A stretch of DNA of 63,334 bases, filler included, from Deltaproteobacteria bacterium (GTDB taxonomy: Bacteria > Myxococcota > JACRCW01): NCBI GenBank assembly GCA_016218805.1. It is 4 parts of 4 records of this genome, joined end to end, with 100 filler letters (N's around TTAATTAATTAA, not from the genome) between each part and the next. Parts side by side here need not be neighbours in the genome. Positions count along the whole stretch, not along the records: positions 42,939 to 53,034 come from JACRCW010000152.1; positions 53,135 to 63,334 come from JACRCW010000160.1; 2 more parts are not named here. One strand, written 5' to 3'. A model generated the notes under the pieces. It saw nothing but the letters and a program-made list of their open reading frames with translations, was not told where the DNA came from and did not search any database. Made by a program: the position numbers and the translations under genes. Shown here piece by piece: positions 43,171 to 54,858 of the stretch (positions are counted from its first letter, which is position 1; the number at the start of each line of letters is the position of its first letter).

Positions 43171-43382
43171 CACGCGCAGGATGGCCTGTCCGGGTGGCGG
43201 CCACCACGCCCAGCGTAGGGTGGACGGCCAGGGTCCGCAGGCCCGGCACCTGGGCAAGGGTGTGCAGCACGCCGTCATGCGTGACCTGGCGCGGTGAGCC
43301 GCTCCGCACCGGCGGCGGCCCCGCCGCGCGCCAGGCGCTCGGCCACGCGCGTGAAGCCCGAGATGTCCGCCAACATCACCGC
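43171..43382 (-). pseudogene. Chimeric remnant: class III nucleotide-cyclase fragment joined to a frameshifted copy of the 3' end of the 44269-46713 gene
   Basis: 43291-43382 reads AVMLADISGFTRVAERLARGGAAAGAERLT; 43171-43292 nearly repeats 44290-44410 with one extra G. Confidence 0.7.
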
Positions 43383-43502
43383 GGGCGGTGGTGTACGACA
43401 TGGACGGCGTGCGGGTGGGCGGCGCGGTGGCGCCGCTGGGGCTGTTGCACTGCACGTTCACGTGCCCGAGCCGCCCGAGGAACTGGCAGGCCCCAATGCA
43501 CT

Positions 43503-44105
43503 TCACTCCTCGGGCAGGCGCGCCAACTCGCCCCACAACGCGTCCAGGTCCACCACCAGACCCTTGCACCCCGGGACCTCCAGACGTCCCTCGGTGGCGG
43601 CGGCGGCGCGGGCATACCGTCCTGCTGCGTCGCGCTCAAACACCTCGAACGAACCAAGCGCGGGGTCGAGAATCCAGTACCAGCGCACGCCGAACGCCGC
43701 GTACTCGCTCATCTTCTCCACGCGGTCCCGTCGCTCATCCCGCGGTGTGGAGGTGACCACCTCGACGAGCACATCCGGCGGATTCCGGATGGGTCCCCGG
43801 CGCGGTGGGGGCGCGCTTCCGGGCAGGAACATCACCACGTCTGCCTTGCGGCCCGTTTGCGCCGCGACGAGGAGCTTTGCCTCCGACCCGATCACGAACC
43901 CCTTGCCGGACAACCACGTGCGCAGCACCGCCATCAGCCAGGAGATCGCCAACTCGTGGAGCACGTCTGGCACTTCCTCCTCCTCCAGCCGCCCGCGCGC
44001 CCATTCCCCCGACGTGTCTTCCGGCATCGAGAGCCACGCCGATTCGGACAACTCGGGACCTGGGTCGCCCGAAGGTGTCGTGCGCAGCGCGGGCCAAGCG
44101 TTCAT
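43503..44105 (-). CDS. Uma2 family endonuclease (DUF820)
   Basis: PDVLHE, RKADV, PDVLVEVV, DRVEKMSEYAAFGVRWYWILDP. Confidence 0.88.
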   Translation of the reverse strand: MNAWPALRTTPSGDPGPELSESAWLSMPEDTSGEWARGRLEEEEVPDVLHELAISWLMAVLRTWLSGKGFVIGSEAKLLVAAQTGRKADVVMFLPGSAPPPRRGPIRNPPDVLVEVVTSTPRDERRDRVEKMSEYAAFGVRWYWILDPALGSFEVFERDAAGRYARAAAATEGRLEVPGCKGLVVDLDALWGELARLPEE

Positions 44106-44268
44106 CTCGCCACGGTAACATGTCGCTTTGGAGGGCACCAAAGTGGGCGAGCGCGCCCGGCATCCTCCCGTTCACCTGGTTCATCAGCGTTTCGCGCGCC
44201 ACCACGCCGAGCCGCGCGGTGGTGCCGGCCAACGCATGGCCGCCGCTCCCGTCGGGCAGCCACCAGGC

Positions 44269-46713
44269 TCACGGCGTGGGGCTGGGCAGCACGCGCAGGA
44301 TGGCCTGTCCGGTGGCGGCCACCACGCCCAGCGTGGGGTGGACGGCCAGGGTCCGCAGGCCAGGGACCTGGGCAATGGTGTGCAACACGCCGTCACGGGT
44401 GACCTGACGCACCAGGCCGTTGCCGGTGTCCGCAAAGTACACGTTGCAGTCGGAATCCATTCCCAGCCCCGTGGGCGTGTCAATCAGCGCGCCCACGGCG
44501 GGGACCCCCGCGGAGGACCCGCCGCTGCGGCCGCGGGAACCCGCCACCGTGCGGTAGGCACTCATGCACAGCGTGGTGATGTCTGCCGGCAGGTTGATGC
44601 CCGCGCGCACCACGTCGTGCTCCATCTCCGAGGCCATCAGCACGGCCACCGTGTTGCCGTCCAGGCACGCGGTGGGGACAAAGGCGGCGTGGGACCAGCC
44701 GTAGCTGGTTCCCGCGTCCGGGACGCCGCCATCGGCAAGCTCCGCACACGCGCTGAACGTGATGATGTTGGACCCGCTGCCGCCGCAGTCGTTCCCCTCA
44801 TCCACCGCGTGCAGCCGGCGGACGGTCCGGTCCGGCATGACCGTGATCACCGTCCCCAGGAAGTCAAAGAACATCTGCGGCACGGCGGGGAACACGATGT
44901 TGGCGCCCACGCACGAGAAGCACGCGCCGTCCCGCCACACTTCCTGGTTGGACGTCTCGCAACAGTCAGCAATGCTGTATGCCGCGCTCCCCACGTAGTT
45001 GAAGAACTGCAGCCGGGTCTGCCCGCCGGCGGTGGTCTCCGGCAGCAGCGCGCGGAACAGCCGGCCGGTGGCGTCCGTCCGGTAGGTCAGCGTGGTGTTC
45101 AGCAGCATGATGCCGCGGAAGCGCTCGTAGGAGGCGGGCAGGCCCTTGCCGGACGGGAGGGTCCAGTTGCTGGCGGGGTTGGGGCAGGACCGCACCGGCG
45201 CGGGGTCGTCGCCGGGGAACATGCGGCGGACCTGCAGGGAGCGCAGATTCACGGCGTACACGCCGGTGGCGTCCACCACAATGAACTCGTCCGCCACGGA
45301 CGAAGTCCCGTTGGCGGTGAGGTGCCGCAGCGCAATGTCCTGCACGTCCGTGAGGACCTGGCAGCGCGCGTCACCCGTGGCGGGCCACACCGTGGGCGGG
45401 TAGCCCATGTAGTCCCAGCCGCCATCCGCGGGGTCCACCGGCGTGCCACCGTCCGGGCTGCCCGCCGGGCAGTTGGCACCGGCGCCCATCACCGGGACCG
45501 CCACAAACGTGCGCAACCGGCAGGTCTGGCTGCAGTTGCTGATGCCGTTGTTCACGCCGTCATCGCACTGTTCGGTGCTCCCGGTGCCGCGGGTGTGCGT
45601 GTAGCCGTCACCGCAGCGTGCGCGGCGGCAGGCCACGCAGTCGTCGGAGAGGTCCGTGTTGCCGTCGTCACACTCCTCCAGCAGTGACGCGGACCGCACG
45701 CCGTCACCACAGCGGGGCAACCGGCAGGTGCGCGTGCAGGCTTCGTCGTCGTTGCCGGGCCCCAGGTCGCACTGCTCGCCGTGGCCCACGTCCACAAAAC
45801 CGTCTCCGCACGTGGAGTCCACACACGCCAGCACACCGCCGTCCTGGAGCTGCTGGCAGACCTGGCGCACCGGGTCGGTCTGGGCGGAGCAGACGTTGCC
45901 CTCCGCGAGGTTGTAGTGGACCGGCCCTTCGGCCGGCTGGCAGACGTCCACGGTGCAGGGGTTGTTGTCGCTGGGGTTCACGGGGGCGCCGGCCACGCAG
46001 TGGCCCTCCGCGCACACGCGCGTCTGGCAGCGGTCCCCCAACGCCACGCAGTCCCCGCTCACCTCGCAGGGGTCTCCGCGCTGGCAGCCGCGGATGACGT
46101 CGCAGTATTCGTCCGAACCGCAGCGGTCATGGTGGAAGGTGACCACGCAGCCCTCCACGCCTTCCTCACAGCGGCTGTCCGCGCAGGCCACCAGGCTGGC
46201 GCACGGGTCCGTGATCTTCACGCACATGCCCTCCTGACAGGCGCGCGTCCCGGCGCACCGACCGCGCAGGTCACACTCCACGTCCTGGCGGCAGGGCTTC
46301 TCCAGCGTGATTCCCAGTGACGCGCCTTGCTGCGGGATGAGTTCCACCGCTCCCGCGCCGCGCCCCACCACCACCCCGTCCTGGGCCAGCGCCTCCACGC
46401 GCACGCGCAGCGTCCCGGACGCCCCCCGCGCGATGATGGTGTACTGGCTGGGGAGGTCCAGCGGTGCGCTCTGCGGCGGGTCTGGCAGGTAGCGGGTGGA
46501 CTCGCGGTCACCTGCGCTGGCCAGGGATACCAGCCGCCAGGCGCCGCCGGGCGGCACCACACCGGGTTGGACCGTGACCATCACGTGCGTGGCGGTGGTC
46601 CCCGGCGGGCCGACGTACAGGTCCTGCGGAGACGGTGGCGCGCTTGGGCACCCGACCGACACCGTGCCGGCGGCAAGCACCCATCCCAGCCACGCCCCAC
46701 GACGGAACCTCAT
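44269..46713 (-). CDS. Large Cys-rich lipoprotein with myxococcal CGDG (DUF4215-like) repeats and a C-terminal NHL-like blade
   Basis: VSVGC lipobox; DNNPCTVDVC; CGDG..EQCD/ECDDGN repeats; PTGLGMDSDCNVYFADTGN. Confidence 0.8.
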   Translation of the reverse strand: MRFRRGAWLGWVLAAGTVSVGCPSAPPSPQDLYVGPPGTTATHVMVTVQPGVVPPGGAWRLVSLASAGDRESTRYLPDPPQSAPLDLPSQYTIIARGASGTLRVRVEALAQDGVVVGRGAGAVELIPQQGASLGITLEKPCRQDVECDLRGRCAGTRACQEGMCVKITDPCASLVACADSRCEEGVEGCVVTFHHDRCGSDEYCDVIRGCQRGDPCEVSGDCVALGDRCQTRVCAEGHCVAGAPVNPSDNNPCTVDVCQPAEGPVHYNLAEGNVCSAQTDPVRQVCQQLQDGGVLACVDSTCGDGFVDVGHGEQCDLGPGNDDEACTRTCRLPRCGDGVRSASLLEECDDGNTDLSDDCVACRRARCGDGYTHTRGTGSTEQCDDGVNNGISNCSQTCRLRTFVAVPVMGAGANCPAGSPDGGTPVDPADGGWDYMGYPPTVWPATGDARCQVLTDVQDIALRHLTANGTSSVADEFIVVDATGVYAVNLRSLQVRRMFPGDDPAPVRSCPNPASNWTLPSGKGLPASYERFRGIMLLNTTLTYRTDATGRLFRALLPETTAGGQTRLQFFNYVGSAAYSIADCCETSNQEVWRDGACFSCVGANIVFPAVPQMFFDFLGTVITVMPDRTVRRLHAVDEGNDCGGSGSNIITFSACAELADGGVPDAGTSYGWSHAAFVPTACLDGNTVAVLMASEMEHDVVRAGINLPADITTLCMSAYRTVAGSRGRSGGSSAGVPAVGALIDTPTGLGMDSDCNVYFADTGNGLVRQVTRDGVLHTIAQVPGLRTLAVHPTLGVVAATGQAILRVLPSPTP

Positions 46714-47761
46714 GACCCCGAATGGTGGCGCAGGCCGCGCGCCTTGTCACCTTGCCCCGCACGCCAGGCGGCGCGCTTGGGTCGTGACGGGTGCTGCAGG
46801 GGCGCTCGCGCGGCGCGGCCCCGCAACTGGAACCGGGAGACCGATGGAAGCGCCGCGCAACGTGCGTGACCCAGGCCGCACCCAGCGCCGCCATTCGTTG
46901 GGGGGTGCGGGTCGTGTCGTGCGCCGCCGCGGGCACGGCGCGCAGCGGCAAGAAGGGAGACGGCGGGCATGGGAACGCGTCCGGCGGGGAAGCCTGCCGA
47001 GCGGTACCATGTCGGGCTGTTCGCTGTGCTCACCGTGGATGCCCGCTCCCCGGTACCTCTCCGCTTCGCTCGTCCTTCTTCCCCGTCCTTCCCGGTGACC
47101 TTCCCGGTCACCTCAATGACCGACTTCCGGACGCTGCGTCCAAAATCCGGTCATTCCTCCACCACACCCTCCGTCAATGCTGACCGGAGTGACTCCGCCG
47201 GGTCCCTCTTGGGGTCTCGCGGTCCTTCGACTTTCCCGGCCTGCCACCGCGCCTCGTTGGGTCGCCGCGTTTGAGGCGGTTCCGCGTACGGGTGTATCCG
47301 GGCCAACACCGTTGGAACACCGGGCTCTTTCGTACGCGTTGGGTAGCCCTCGGGCACCCACAAGACCCTTCGGAGGATTGGGGACAACCGTTGCTTTTCG
47401 CCTTCCCATCCGATTGAGCGCCCCTCCGTGGATGAACCGGTGGCCACGCGGTCCTTCCCCGTTTCCGGCTGACTGCACCTTCAGGCGCCCGCCTGGACAA
47501 TTGCCGCGCTGAGCAACCCCCGTGCCTGCCTGGGGCCCGGTTCCGTCATGGTGTTCCACGCCACGGTGCAGGCGGGCTCGGTCGGCGGGCGGTCGTCGGG
47601 CCGGGTCCAGGTACCCGCTGCTCGTCTCGAGTCAGACCCGCGCCGCACTGGCCGTGTATTTGTCGCGCGCCTGGGCTTTCCCAGCAGCGCTGGCCACCCC
47701 CACGGCAGGCGGTGCTACCGGCCGGCGGACGCCCAATCCGGCGTCCCGCCCGGTGCACGTG

Positions 47762-48232
47762 TCACACCGCCGCGGCGGCTGCCGTCGCCAGGGCGTCCAC
47801 GCGCTCATTCATGGGGTCTCCCGCGTGCCCGCGTACCCACTGCCAGTGCACCTGGTGCGGCGCGGCGGCGGACAGCAGCGCCTCCCACAGGTCCCGGTTC
47901 TCCACCGCCTTCTTCTGGCTGTTGCGCCACCCATTGCGCCGCCACCCGTGGCTCCACACCGTCATGCCTTTCACCACGTACTGGCTGTCCGTGTGGATGG
48001 TGATGCGGCACGGCTTCTTGAGCGCCAGCAACACCTGGATGGCCGCCGTCAGCTCCATGCGGTTGTTGGTGGTGTCCGGTTCCCCGCCGGACAGCTCCTT
48101 CTCTTTTTCCCCCCAGCGCAACACCACGCCCCAGCCGCCCGGGCCGGGGTTGCCGCGGCAGGCGCCGTCGCACCAGGCGTCCACTTGGGGGTGGGTTGCA
48201 GCATGCGGAGAGGTGGTCACGGGTTTCACCAC
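47762..48232 (-). CDS. rnhA: Ribonuclease HI
   Basis: [44 protein letters not shown]. Confidence 0.96.
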   Translation of the reverse strand: MVKPVTTSPHAATHPQVDAWCDGACRGNPGPGGWGVVLRWGEKEKELSGGEPDTTNNRMELTAAIQVLLALKKPCRITIHTDSQYVVKGMTVWSHGWRRNGWRNSQKKAVENRDLWEALLSAAAPHQVHWQWVRGHAGDPMNERVDALATAAAAAV

Positions 48233-49146
48233 AGCGTGGTCAGGTAGCGGCTCTTCTGGTCCGGCCGGAGGAAGTGGCGCGGCATCTCCACCTCCAGATA
48301 CTCCCAGAAGTTCTCCGCCGTCTTGGGCACGCCCACCGCCCAGAACCAGCGCGACAGGATCTCCCGGTCAGCGCGGCGGTGCGCCTCATTGTCCCGGATG
48401 TCCCGCAGCACGCGCGCCTTGTGCTCCGGCGTGGCGGGCCAGCGCCACGGGCAGTGGAACGGGTGCATCTGCACCAGGCCGTCGCCGGGTTCGCGCTCCT
48501 GCATGCCGGCGTCCGGGATGAACGGGAAGATGCGGCATGCGTCCGGGCGGACCGCGTGGATGCCGCAGCGGCGCTCCTGGCCCACGCGCAACAAAAAGGC
48601 GCAGGACCCGTCCCAGCGGCGGCGCAGTGCCATGGAGAAGCGTTCCTCCCCAATGCGCACGCCGTGGGTGGGCACGCTGTGGTCCCATGGCACCAGGGCA
48701 ATGAACTCGCGGAATGGGATGCCCAGCGTGTGGTGGATGCGCCAGGCGTCCACGCAGTTGAGCGGGATGACGTGCCCGGTGCAGCAGTCCACGTCACAGT
48801 GGGCGCACATGTCCGCTTCACGGCCGCCCTGGTGCACCGGTGGTTCCCGGTACAGGCTGAGGGCCACCGCGGGGCGGCCCAGCACCGCCGCGCCAATGAA
48901 CGCCATGGACGCCGACGGCGGGGCCGGCACCGGCGGGCGGCCCGGCACCACGGACGGCTGCCCGGGGAGGTTGGCGGGGGGCAGCGTCCCGGTGGTGGAG
49001 GTGCGCAGCAGTTCCGCGCGCGGGTCCGCGGGGGAGGCCGGCGGCGCGGCAGCGGCAACGGGACGTGGGCGCGGCCCGCGCGCGCGCCCGCGTGGCTTGG
49101 ACCGGGATGGGGTCTTGGTGCGCCTGCGGCGTGCCGCCATGGTCAC
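48226..49146 (-). CDS. YkgJ-family cysteine-cluster (CxxCxxxCC) protein
   Basis: [29 protein letters not shown]. Confidence 0.8.
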   Translation of the reverse strand: MTMAARRRRTKTPSRSKPRGRARGPRPRPVAAAAPPASPADPRAELLRTSTTGTLPPANLPGQPSVVPGRPPVPAPPSASMAFIGAAVLGRPAVALSLYREPPVHQGGREADMCAHCDVDCCTGHVIPLNCVDAWRIHHTLGIPFREFIALVPWDHSVPTHGVRIGEERFSMALRRRWDGSCAFLLRVGQERRCGIHAVRPDACRIFPFIPDAGMQEREPGDGLVQMHPFHCPWRWPATPEHKARVLRDIRDNEAHRRADREILSRWFWAVGVPKTAENFWEYLEVEMPRHFLRPDQKSRYLTTLW

Positions 49147-50867
49147 TGCGTGCAGAGGTTGGGCGCGCCGTCGACGATGACGGGGTTGGTGGCGGTGCCC
49201 AGCGGGGTGAGCGTGAACTTGCTGGCGGGTGCCACCGCGTTGGGGTTGTAGTGCACGGTGCCGGCCAGCCAGAGCGACCCCTCGGTGGGCAGCACCACGG
49301 GTCCCAGGAACGGCGGCGTGGCCTGCTCGCCGTGGAACAGCACTTCCACCTTGGCCACGGCGCCCTCGTTCTGCAGGCGGTCATTACAGAAGTGCACCTG
49401 CACCAGGTAGTCACCCTCCACCGGGTTGTTGAGCGAGATGTTCTCCGGCCCGTACCCGTACGCGTCGTCAATATCCAGCCGCGGGTCATCGTCCGTGGAC
49501 GCCAGCGTGCCCCAGTCCGGCGACCGGTTGGCGTACGCGCAGTCCAGCCCCTGGCTGGTGCAGGTGGCGCCGCCCGACGGCACGCAGGACGCGCTGCAGC
49601 TGGCCTGCGCGGCGCAGGATGCAAAGTAGTCCCCCACGGCGCCACCGGGGGCCACCAGGTGGAGGTCCACGTCCGTCTTGCCGCACTGGTACTCCGGCGT
49701 GGCGGCGGAGCGGCACGCGGCGTTGGGGTCCGGCTCCCAGGTGAGGCGCAGGGCCAGGTCCCGGATGGCGCGGATGGTGGCGGTGGCCTTGCCCACGGCG
49801 CCACGCACGTCCGTCCCGGTCACCTCCACACGGTAGATGCCCACCTGGTCGATGTAGAGCTGTTTCTCGGCGGGCAGCGTGGTGTTCTCCAGGATGGACT
49901 GGCTTCCCGGCGGCCGCTCCAGCACGCGCCAGGCAAGCGTGAAGTTGTCCGCCTCCGCGTCCACCGTGCCGGACGCGTCCAGCGTGACGGTCAGGTAGAG
50001 GTCCGTGCGGTAGTCCGCCTGCCGCGTCACCTTCTCCACCACCTCAACCGCCGGGCCCAGGTTGGACACCGCGGCAATGGGCACGGTCTTGTCGGGCTCA
50101 CCGTCGGCATCCGACAGCACGTGCAGCAACCCGGTGGCCTGGCCCGTCACGGACGGGTCCATGTCCACGGTGACCAGCGCGGTGGAGCCCACCGGGATGT
50201 CCCCGGAGCCAAAGTTGTTGACGGGCGTGAGCCGGAAGCCGGGGTTGGAGGAGGGGTCCATCTGCACCGCTGTGACGTGCAGCGTGTCCAGGCCAATGTT
50301 GGCCAGTTCCAGCGTGCGGCTCTGCGGCGTGCCCTGGTTCACCAGGTCAAAGTTCACGTTGTCCGGTGTCACGCGCAGGCGCGGCGGCCCGCCAATGCCC
50401 AGCAGCGGGACCTCCAGGCGCCCCTGGTCCGGGTCATCACTCTGCACCACCAGCATGGCGTTGTGCGGCCCGCGTGTGGGCGGGTGGAACGTGACCTGGA
50501 TGCTCACCTGGGCTTCCGGGCCTTCGCCGGTGGGCACCTGGAACGGGTAGGCCGTCCCGCCGGGGAGGGACACCGTGTAGGGCGCCGTGGCGGGCTCCAC
50601 GGTGATGTTGTGCAGCGTCAGGTCCGCGGTGCCGCGGTTGACCACGCGCACCGGCAGCGAACTGTCCGCCCCCACCTGCCGCAGCTGGAAGTCCACCGGG
50701 GTGGGGAGGACCGCCACGTCGGGCTTGAGGTCGTTGAGCTCCTCATCCTGGCAGCGGCACGCGCCGAAGCCCGCCAGCACCAGCCCGGCCAACAGCCCGG
50801 TACGCCGGCGCCGCCGCCACGCGGCGTGATGGAACGCGTCCTGTTTGCTGATCATGCCTGTTGCCAT
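49143..50867 (-). CDS. Lipoprotein with tandem Ig-like (choice-of-anchor D-like), PKD-like and DUF2135/YfaP-like domains
   Basis: FGAC lipobox; two NxG..L Ig-like repeats ending in SDD(P/A)[30 protein letters not shown]; start uncertain. Confidence 0.7.
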   Translation of the reverse strand: MATGMISKQDAFHHAAWRRRRRTGLLAGLVLAGFGACRCQDEELNDLKPDVAVLPTPVDFQLRQVGADSSLPVRVVNRGTADLTLHNITVEPATAPYTVSLPGGTAYPFQVPTGEGPEAQVSIQVTFHPPTRGPHNAMLVVQSDDPDQGRLEVPLLGIGGPPRLRVTPDNVNFDLVNQGTPQSRTLELANIGLDTLHVTAVQMDPSSNPGFRLTPVNNFGSGDIPVGSTALVTVDMDPSVTGQATGLLHVLSDADGEPDKTVPIAAVSNLGPAVEVVEKVTRQADYRTDLYLTVTLDASGTVDAEADNFTLAWRVLERPPGSQSILENTTLPAEKQLYIDQVGIYRVEVTGTDVRGAVGKATATIRAIRDLALRLTWEPDPNAACRSAATPEYQCGKTDVDLHLVAPGGAVGDYFASCAAQASCSASCVPSGGATCTSQGLDCAYANRSPDWGTLASTDDDPRLDIDDAYGYGPENISLNNPVEGDYLVQVHFCNDRLQNEGAVAKVEVLFHGEQATPPFLGPVVLPTEGSLWLAGTVHYNPNAVAPASKFTLTPLGTATNPVIVDGAPNLCTQ

Positions 50868-51011
50868 GGACGTCACTGTAGGCGGGGCCCGCCAGCGGTT
50901 TCAACGCGCCTGAATGCGGGGCGGGCCGTCGGCGTGTTCGCGGATGCGCGGCGGCGCCGCGTCTGCTACGGCGCGCGTCCCCGCGCGGCGGCGGGGGAGG
51001 CGCAAGCAGGC

Positions 51012-52241
51012 ATGCTCATTGTCCAGAAGTACGGCGGCACCAGCGTGGGCACGGTGGAGCGCATCCACGCGGTGGCCCGCCGGTGCGTGCAGACCCAGCG
51101 GGAGGGGCACCAGGTTGTGGTGGTGGCCAGCGCCATGTCCGGGGAGACCAACCGGCTCATTGGGCTGGCCCGGCAGGTCAGCCCGGACCCCAACGAGCGC
51201 GAACTGGACGCCCTGGTGGCGACGGGCGAACAGCAGTCCGTGGCGCTGCTGGCCATGGCCATCCGGGACCAGGGCGCGGTGGCGCAGAGCTACACCGGCG
51301 GGCAGATCCGCCTGGTCACGGACAACGCGTTCACCAAGGCGCGCATTCGCTCCATTGATGAGGAGATGATCCGCAGCCGTCTCAGGCAGGGCGAGATCCT
51401 GGTCATTGCCGGCTTCCAGGGCGTGGACCCCGAGGGGAACGTGACCACGCTGGGCCGCGGCGGGAGTGACACCACGGCGGTGGCGGTGGCCGCGGCGCTG
51501 AAAGCGGACCGGTGTGACATCTACACCGACGTGGACGGCGTCTACACGGCCGACCCCAACGTGGTCAGCGGCGCGCGCAAGATTGACCGCATTTCCTACG
51601 AGGAGATGCTGGAGCTGGCGTCCCTGGGCGCCAAGGTGTTGCAGCTGCGCAGCGTGGAGCTGGCCCTGAAGTACAAGGTGCCACTGCGGGTGGTGAGCAG
51701 CTTTGACGGGCCCGGAGTGGACCCCCAGGGAACGCTGGTGTGCGAGGAGGACGCCATGATGGAGAAGGTGCTGGTGACGGGGGTGAGCCATTCCAAGAGC
51801 GACGCGCGCATCACCGTGCGTGCGGTGCCGGACAAGCCCGGCGTGGCGGCGCGGCTGTTTGGCGCCCTGGCGGAGGCCAACATTTCCGTGGACGTCATTG
51901 TCCAGACCGCCAGCGTGGACCACAGGACGGACCTCAGCTTCACCGTGCCGCGCTCGGACCACGCCAAGGCGCTGAAGCTCTCAGGGGAGGTGGCCACCGC
52001 GGTGGGTGCCAGCGGCGTGGAGAGTGATGAGCGCATCGGGAAGGTGTCCATTGTCGGCGCGGGCATGCGCAGCCACGCGGGCGTGGCGGCACAGATGTTT
52101 GACCTGCTGGCGCGCGAGGGCGTGAACATCCAGATGATCAGCACCAGTGAAATCAAGGTCAGCTGCGTCATTGACGAGAAGTACACGGAGCTGGCCGTCC
52201 GCGCGCTGCACGACGGGTTTGGCCTGGGCAAGGCGGCGTGA
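51012..52241 (+). CDS. lysC: Aspartate kinase
   Basis: [34 protein letters not shown], two ACT domains. Confidence 0.96.
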   Translation: MLIVQKYGGTSVGTVERIHAVARRCVQTQREGHQVVVVASAMSGETNRLIGLARQVSPDPNERELDALVATGEQQSVALLAMAIRDQGAVAQSYTGGQIRLVTDNAFTKARIRSIDEEMIRSRLRQGEILVIAGFQGVDPEGNVTTLGRGGSDTTAVAVAAALKADRCDIYTDVDGVYTADPNVVSGARKIDRISYEEMLELASLGAKVLQLRSVELALKYKVPLRVVSSFDGPGVDPQGTLVCEEDAMMEKVLVTGVSHSKSDARITVRAVPDKPGVAARLFGALAEANISVDVIVQTASVDHRTDLSFTVPRSDHAKALKLSGEVATAVGASGVESDERIGKVSIVGAGMRSHAGVAAQMFDLLAREGVNIQMISTSEIKVSCVIDEKYTELAVRALHDGFGLGKAA

Positions 52242-52675
52242 CACCGGTGGACGCCCGCCGCGGGCGGCTGCGCGCGCTTTGGGCGCTGGCCGGTGCGCTG
52301 TGGATTGCCGCGGTCCTGCGTGCGCTCCCCCCGGCGGCGCCACCGTCCGTGCCCGCGCCGCCCTGCCCCGCTCCCGGCGGCACGCGCGCGGATGCGCAGG
52401 CCACGGTGGTGGCAAGGTGTGATGGCGCTCTGCCAGAGGCCGGCGGCGCAACGCGCTTGCTGCTGGGCGTGCCCCTGGACGTCAACCGCGCCACGGACCG
52501 GGACCTGGCGGCGCTGCCGGGCATTGGCCCGCGGCTGGCCCGCCGCATTGTGGAACACCGGATGGAACACGGGCCCTTTGCCAGCGTGGATGCGCTCCGG
52601 GACGTGCGCGGCATCGGCCCGCACCTGCTGGCGCGCGTGCGCGGGCTGGTCACCGCCGCGCCGCCCGGCGGCTGA
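52238..52675 (+). CDS. ComEA-like helix-hairpin-helix DNA-binding protein
   Basis: [35 protein letters not shown] overlap with lysC. Confidence 0.85.
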   Translation: MTPVDARRGRLRALWALAGALWIAAVLRALPPAAPPSVPAPPCPAPGGTRADAQATVVARCDGALPEAGGATRLLLGVPLDVNRATDRDLAALPGIGPRLARRIVEHRMEHGPFASVDALRDVRGIGPHLLARVRGLVTAAPPGG

Positions 52676-53034
52676 CGACGGGCGCAGCGGGCGGCTTCTG
52701 GGTCAGCAGTGACGTCCTTCTGCACACTAGACCTAAAAGAAGCGCGTGGGGTACGGGAATGCTTCTTGCTTGCGGAACATAGGGCGAGTTACTTCCAGCG
52801 CGGACACACGGATCCCATGCGCGCGATCAGCGCGCTGAGCGATTTGGTCGTCAATTCGAAAAGTCTCGTTTCCGGGGTTCAGGGTGGAGTTGAGGGGGCG
52901 CAGGCGCGAGGCCGGGAATCCCGTGCCGGCGCGCGCCTGCCACGGTCAAACAGCGTCGAGGAAGCGGAACAGGATCCGCTCCCACGGGTTCCAGGCCAGC
53001 AACCGGTAGATGATGCGACGGCCCGCGATGATGA

Positions 53035-53134
53035 NNNNNNNNNNNNNNNNNNNNNNNNNNNNNNNNNNNNNNNNNNNNTTAATTAATTAANNNNNNNNNN
53101 NNNNNNNNNNNNNNNNNNNNNNNNNNNNNNNNNN
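53035..53134. other. Artificial contig linker
   Basis: N/TTAATTAATTAA/N. Confidence 0.98.
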
Positions 53135-53471
53135 CGGCGCCCCCACCGCCGCGCCGCGCCCTGTGGCCCCGGCCGCCGTCACGGGTGTGGGACCGCGCCC
53201 CGCCGGCGCGCCCACCGCCGCACCGCGGCCACCGCCGGCCGCGCCCCCGCCGGGTGACCTCTCTGATGACTACATCCGCCGCATTGAGAAGACGCTGTCT
53301 GAGACGCGCAAGAAGATTGGGGACAGCACGCAGACCAGCTTTGACACCCTGAAGTCTCAGCTGTCCAAGCAGGTGCCGACGATCAAGCAGCAGCACGGGG
53401 CCAAGAGCGTGGAGTTCCAGGTGGTGGTGAAGGACGGCAAGGCGGTACTCAAGGCCGTTCCCAAGAAGTGA
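53135..53471 (+). CDS. MXAN_5187 C-terminal domain-like protein, 5'-truncated
   Basis: LSKQVPTIKQQHGAKSVEFQVVVKDGKAVLKAVPK after a Pro/Ala linker. Confidence 0.75.
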
Positions 53472-53564
53472 CCGTGCCGTGGGGGGCGTCCGTCGTGAAA
53501 CCGGTGTCCGGTGCGCGCGGCCGTGGCATGGTGCTCCGCCCCGGCGGTGGGTGACGGAGGCGCG

Positions 53565-54800
53565 GTGAAGACCTGTCCAAGTTGCGGCTACCAGTCCGAG
53601 ACGGGCACGCACTGCCCGTCCGACGGGACGCTGCTGCAGGGACCGCCCACGCCGGACCGCCTTGTGGGGACCACGCTGCGCGGCCGCTACAAGCTGGACC
53701 AGAAGCTGGCCACCGGCGGCATGGGGTCGGTGTACCGGGCCACCAACGTGGCCACCGGTGCCACGGTGGCGGTCAAGGTCCTCCTGGACGCGCTGAGCGA
53801 ATCCGACGAGCACGTGGCCCGGTTCCGCCAGGAGGCAGAGCTGCTGTCGCGCATCCTGCATCCCAACGTGGTCACGCTGCTGGACTACGGCGCCGAGGGC
53901 GGCACGTCCTTCATGGTGATGGAGTTCCTCTCCGGCTCGTCGCTGGAGGAGGTGGTGCCGCAGGGCGGGCTGGAGCCGGACCAGGCGCTGGCCATCCTGG
54001 AGGAGATCTGTGCGGGGGTGGGGGCGGCGCACGCGGCGGGCCTGGTGCACCGGGACCTCAAGCCGGAGAACATCATCATGGCGCACCAGCCGGACGGGCG
54101 CTCCGTGGTGAAGGTGATTGACTTTGGGCTGGCGCGGCCACTGCAGGAAGCGGAGGCGCTGGAGCTCACCGTCACCGGCCGCGTGGTGGGCAGCGCGGGT
54201 TACGTGGCACCGGAGCACATCACGGGCGGGCGGGCCTTCAACTCCGCGTCGGACATCTACGCGCTGGGGGCGGTGCTGTACTTCCTGCTGACCGGCCGCC
54301 GCCCTTATGACGGAGACAACATCCCCGCCATCATGACGGCGCAGTTGCGCGGGCAGCTGCCGCCGCTGGACCTGCCGGCGGGGTCACGCGGGGCGCTGCT
54401 GGAGGGCGTGGTGAAGCGCGCCATGAACCGTGACCCGTCGCTGCGCTACCCGTCCACGGGGCACCTGCTCAGCGCCGCGCGGTTTGTGCTCAAGGACGCG
54501 GGCCAGCTGGGGCGCAGCCGGACCAACCTCAACACCGTGTCGCTGTCCAACCTCACCATCCAGCTGCAGGCCGCGCCCACGCGCCGCGGCCCGGCGCCGC
54601 GCGTGCGTCCGGTCACCCCGCGCAATGTGGTGCTGCTCGTCGCGGGGGGGGTGGCGGCGCTGGTGTCCCTGGGCGGGGTGGCCTGGGTCCTGACGCAGCG
54701 CGCGGAGCGCCGCGCAGCCCCCGCCGCGGTGGATGTGGCGCCGTCCGCTCCGGCGCCCCCGGCCAAGTCCCCCGGCAAGCCGCCCCGACGCCGCCGGTGA
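53565..54800 (+). CDS. Membrane Ser/Thr protein kinase with N-terminal Zn-ribbon
   Basis: GGAGG RBS and GTG start; CPSC..CPSDG; GGMGSVY, VAVK, HRDLKPEN, DFGLA, YVAPE; C-terminal TM. Confidence 0.92.
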   Translation: MKTCPSCGYQSETGTHCPSDGTLLQGPPTPDRLVGTTLRGRYKLDQKLATGGMGSVYRATNVATGATVAVKVLLDALSESDEHVARFRQEAELLSRILHPNVVTLLDYGAEGGTSFMVMEFLSGSSLEEVVPQGGLEPDQALAILEEICAGVGAAHAAGLVHRDLKPENIIMAHQPDGRSVVKVIDFGLARPLQEAEALELTVTGRVVGSAGYVAPEHITGGRAFNSASDIYALGAVLYFLLTGRRPYDGDNIPAIMTAQLRGQLPPLDLPAGSRGALLEGVVKRAMNRDPSLRYPSTGHLLSAARFVLKDAGQLGRSRTNLNTVSLSNLTIQLQAAPTRRGPAPRVRPVTPRNVVLLVAGGVAALVSLGGVAWVLTQRAERRAAPAAVDVAPSAPAPPAKSPGKPPRRRR

Positions 54801-54858
54801 GGCCGCGCGCGCTTGCGGCTCACCGCACCGCGCGCACAGCGGGACCTCAGGCCACCCG

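Noticed and set aside
47113..47240. tRNA/tmRNA 3' end (CTCCACCA) or RNase P RNA (GGAAAGTC on the minus strand)
   Set aside because: No T-loop precedes the CCA and the other conserved RNase P elements were not found.
49065..52241. 1058-aa aspartate kinase fusion
   Set aside because: The first ~650 aa are the antisense shadow of the 49143-50867 gene; LysC starts at 51012.
52709..53034. ORF at the end of contig 3
   Set aside because: Atypical composition and no motifs; probably intergenic.
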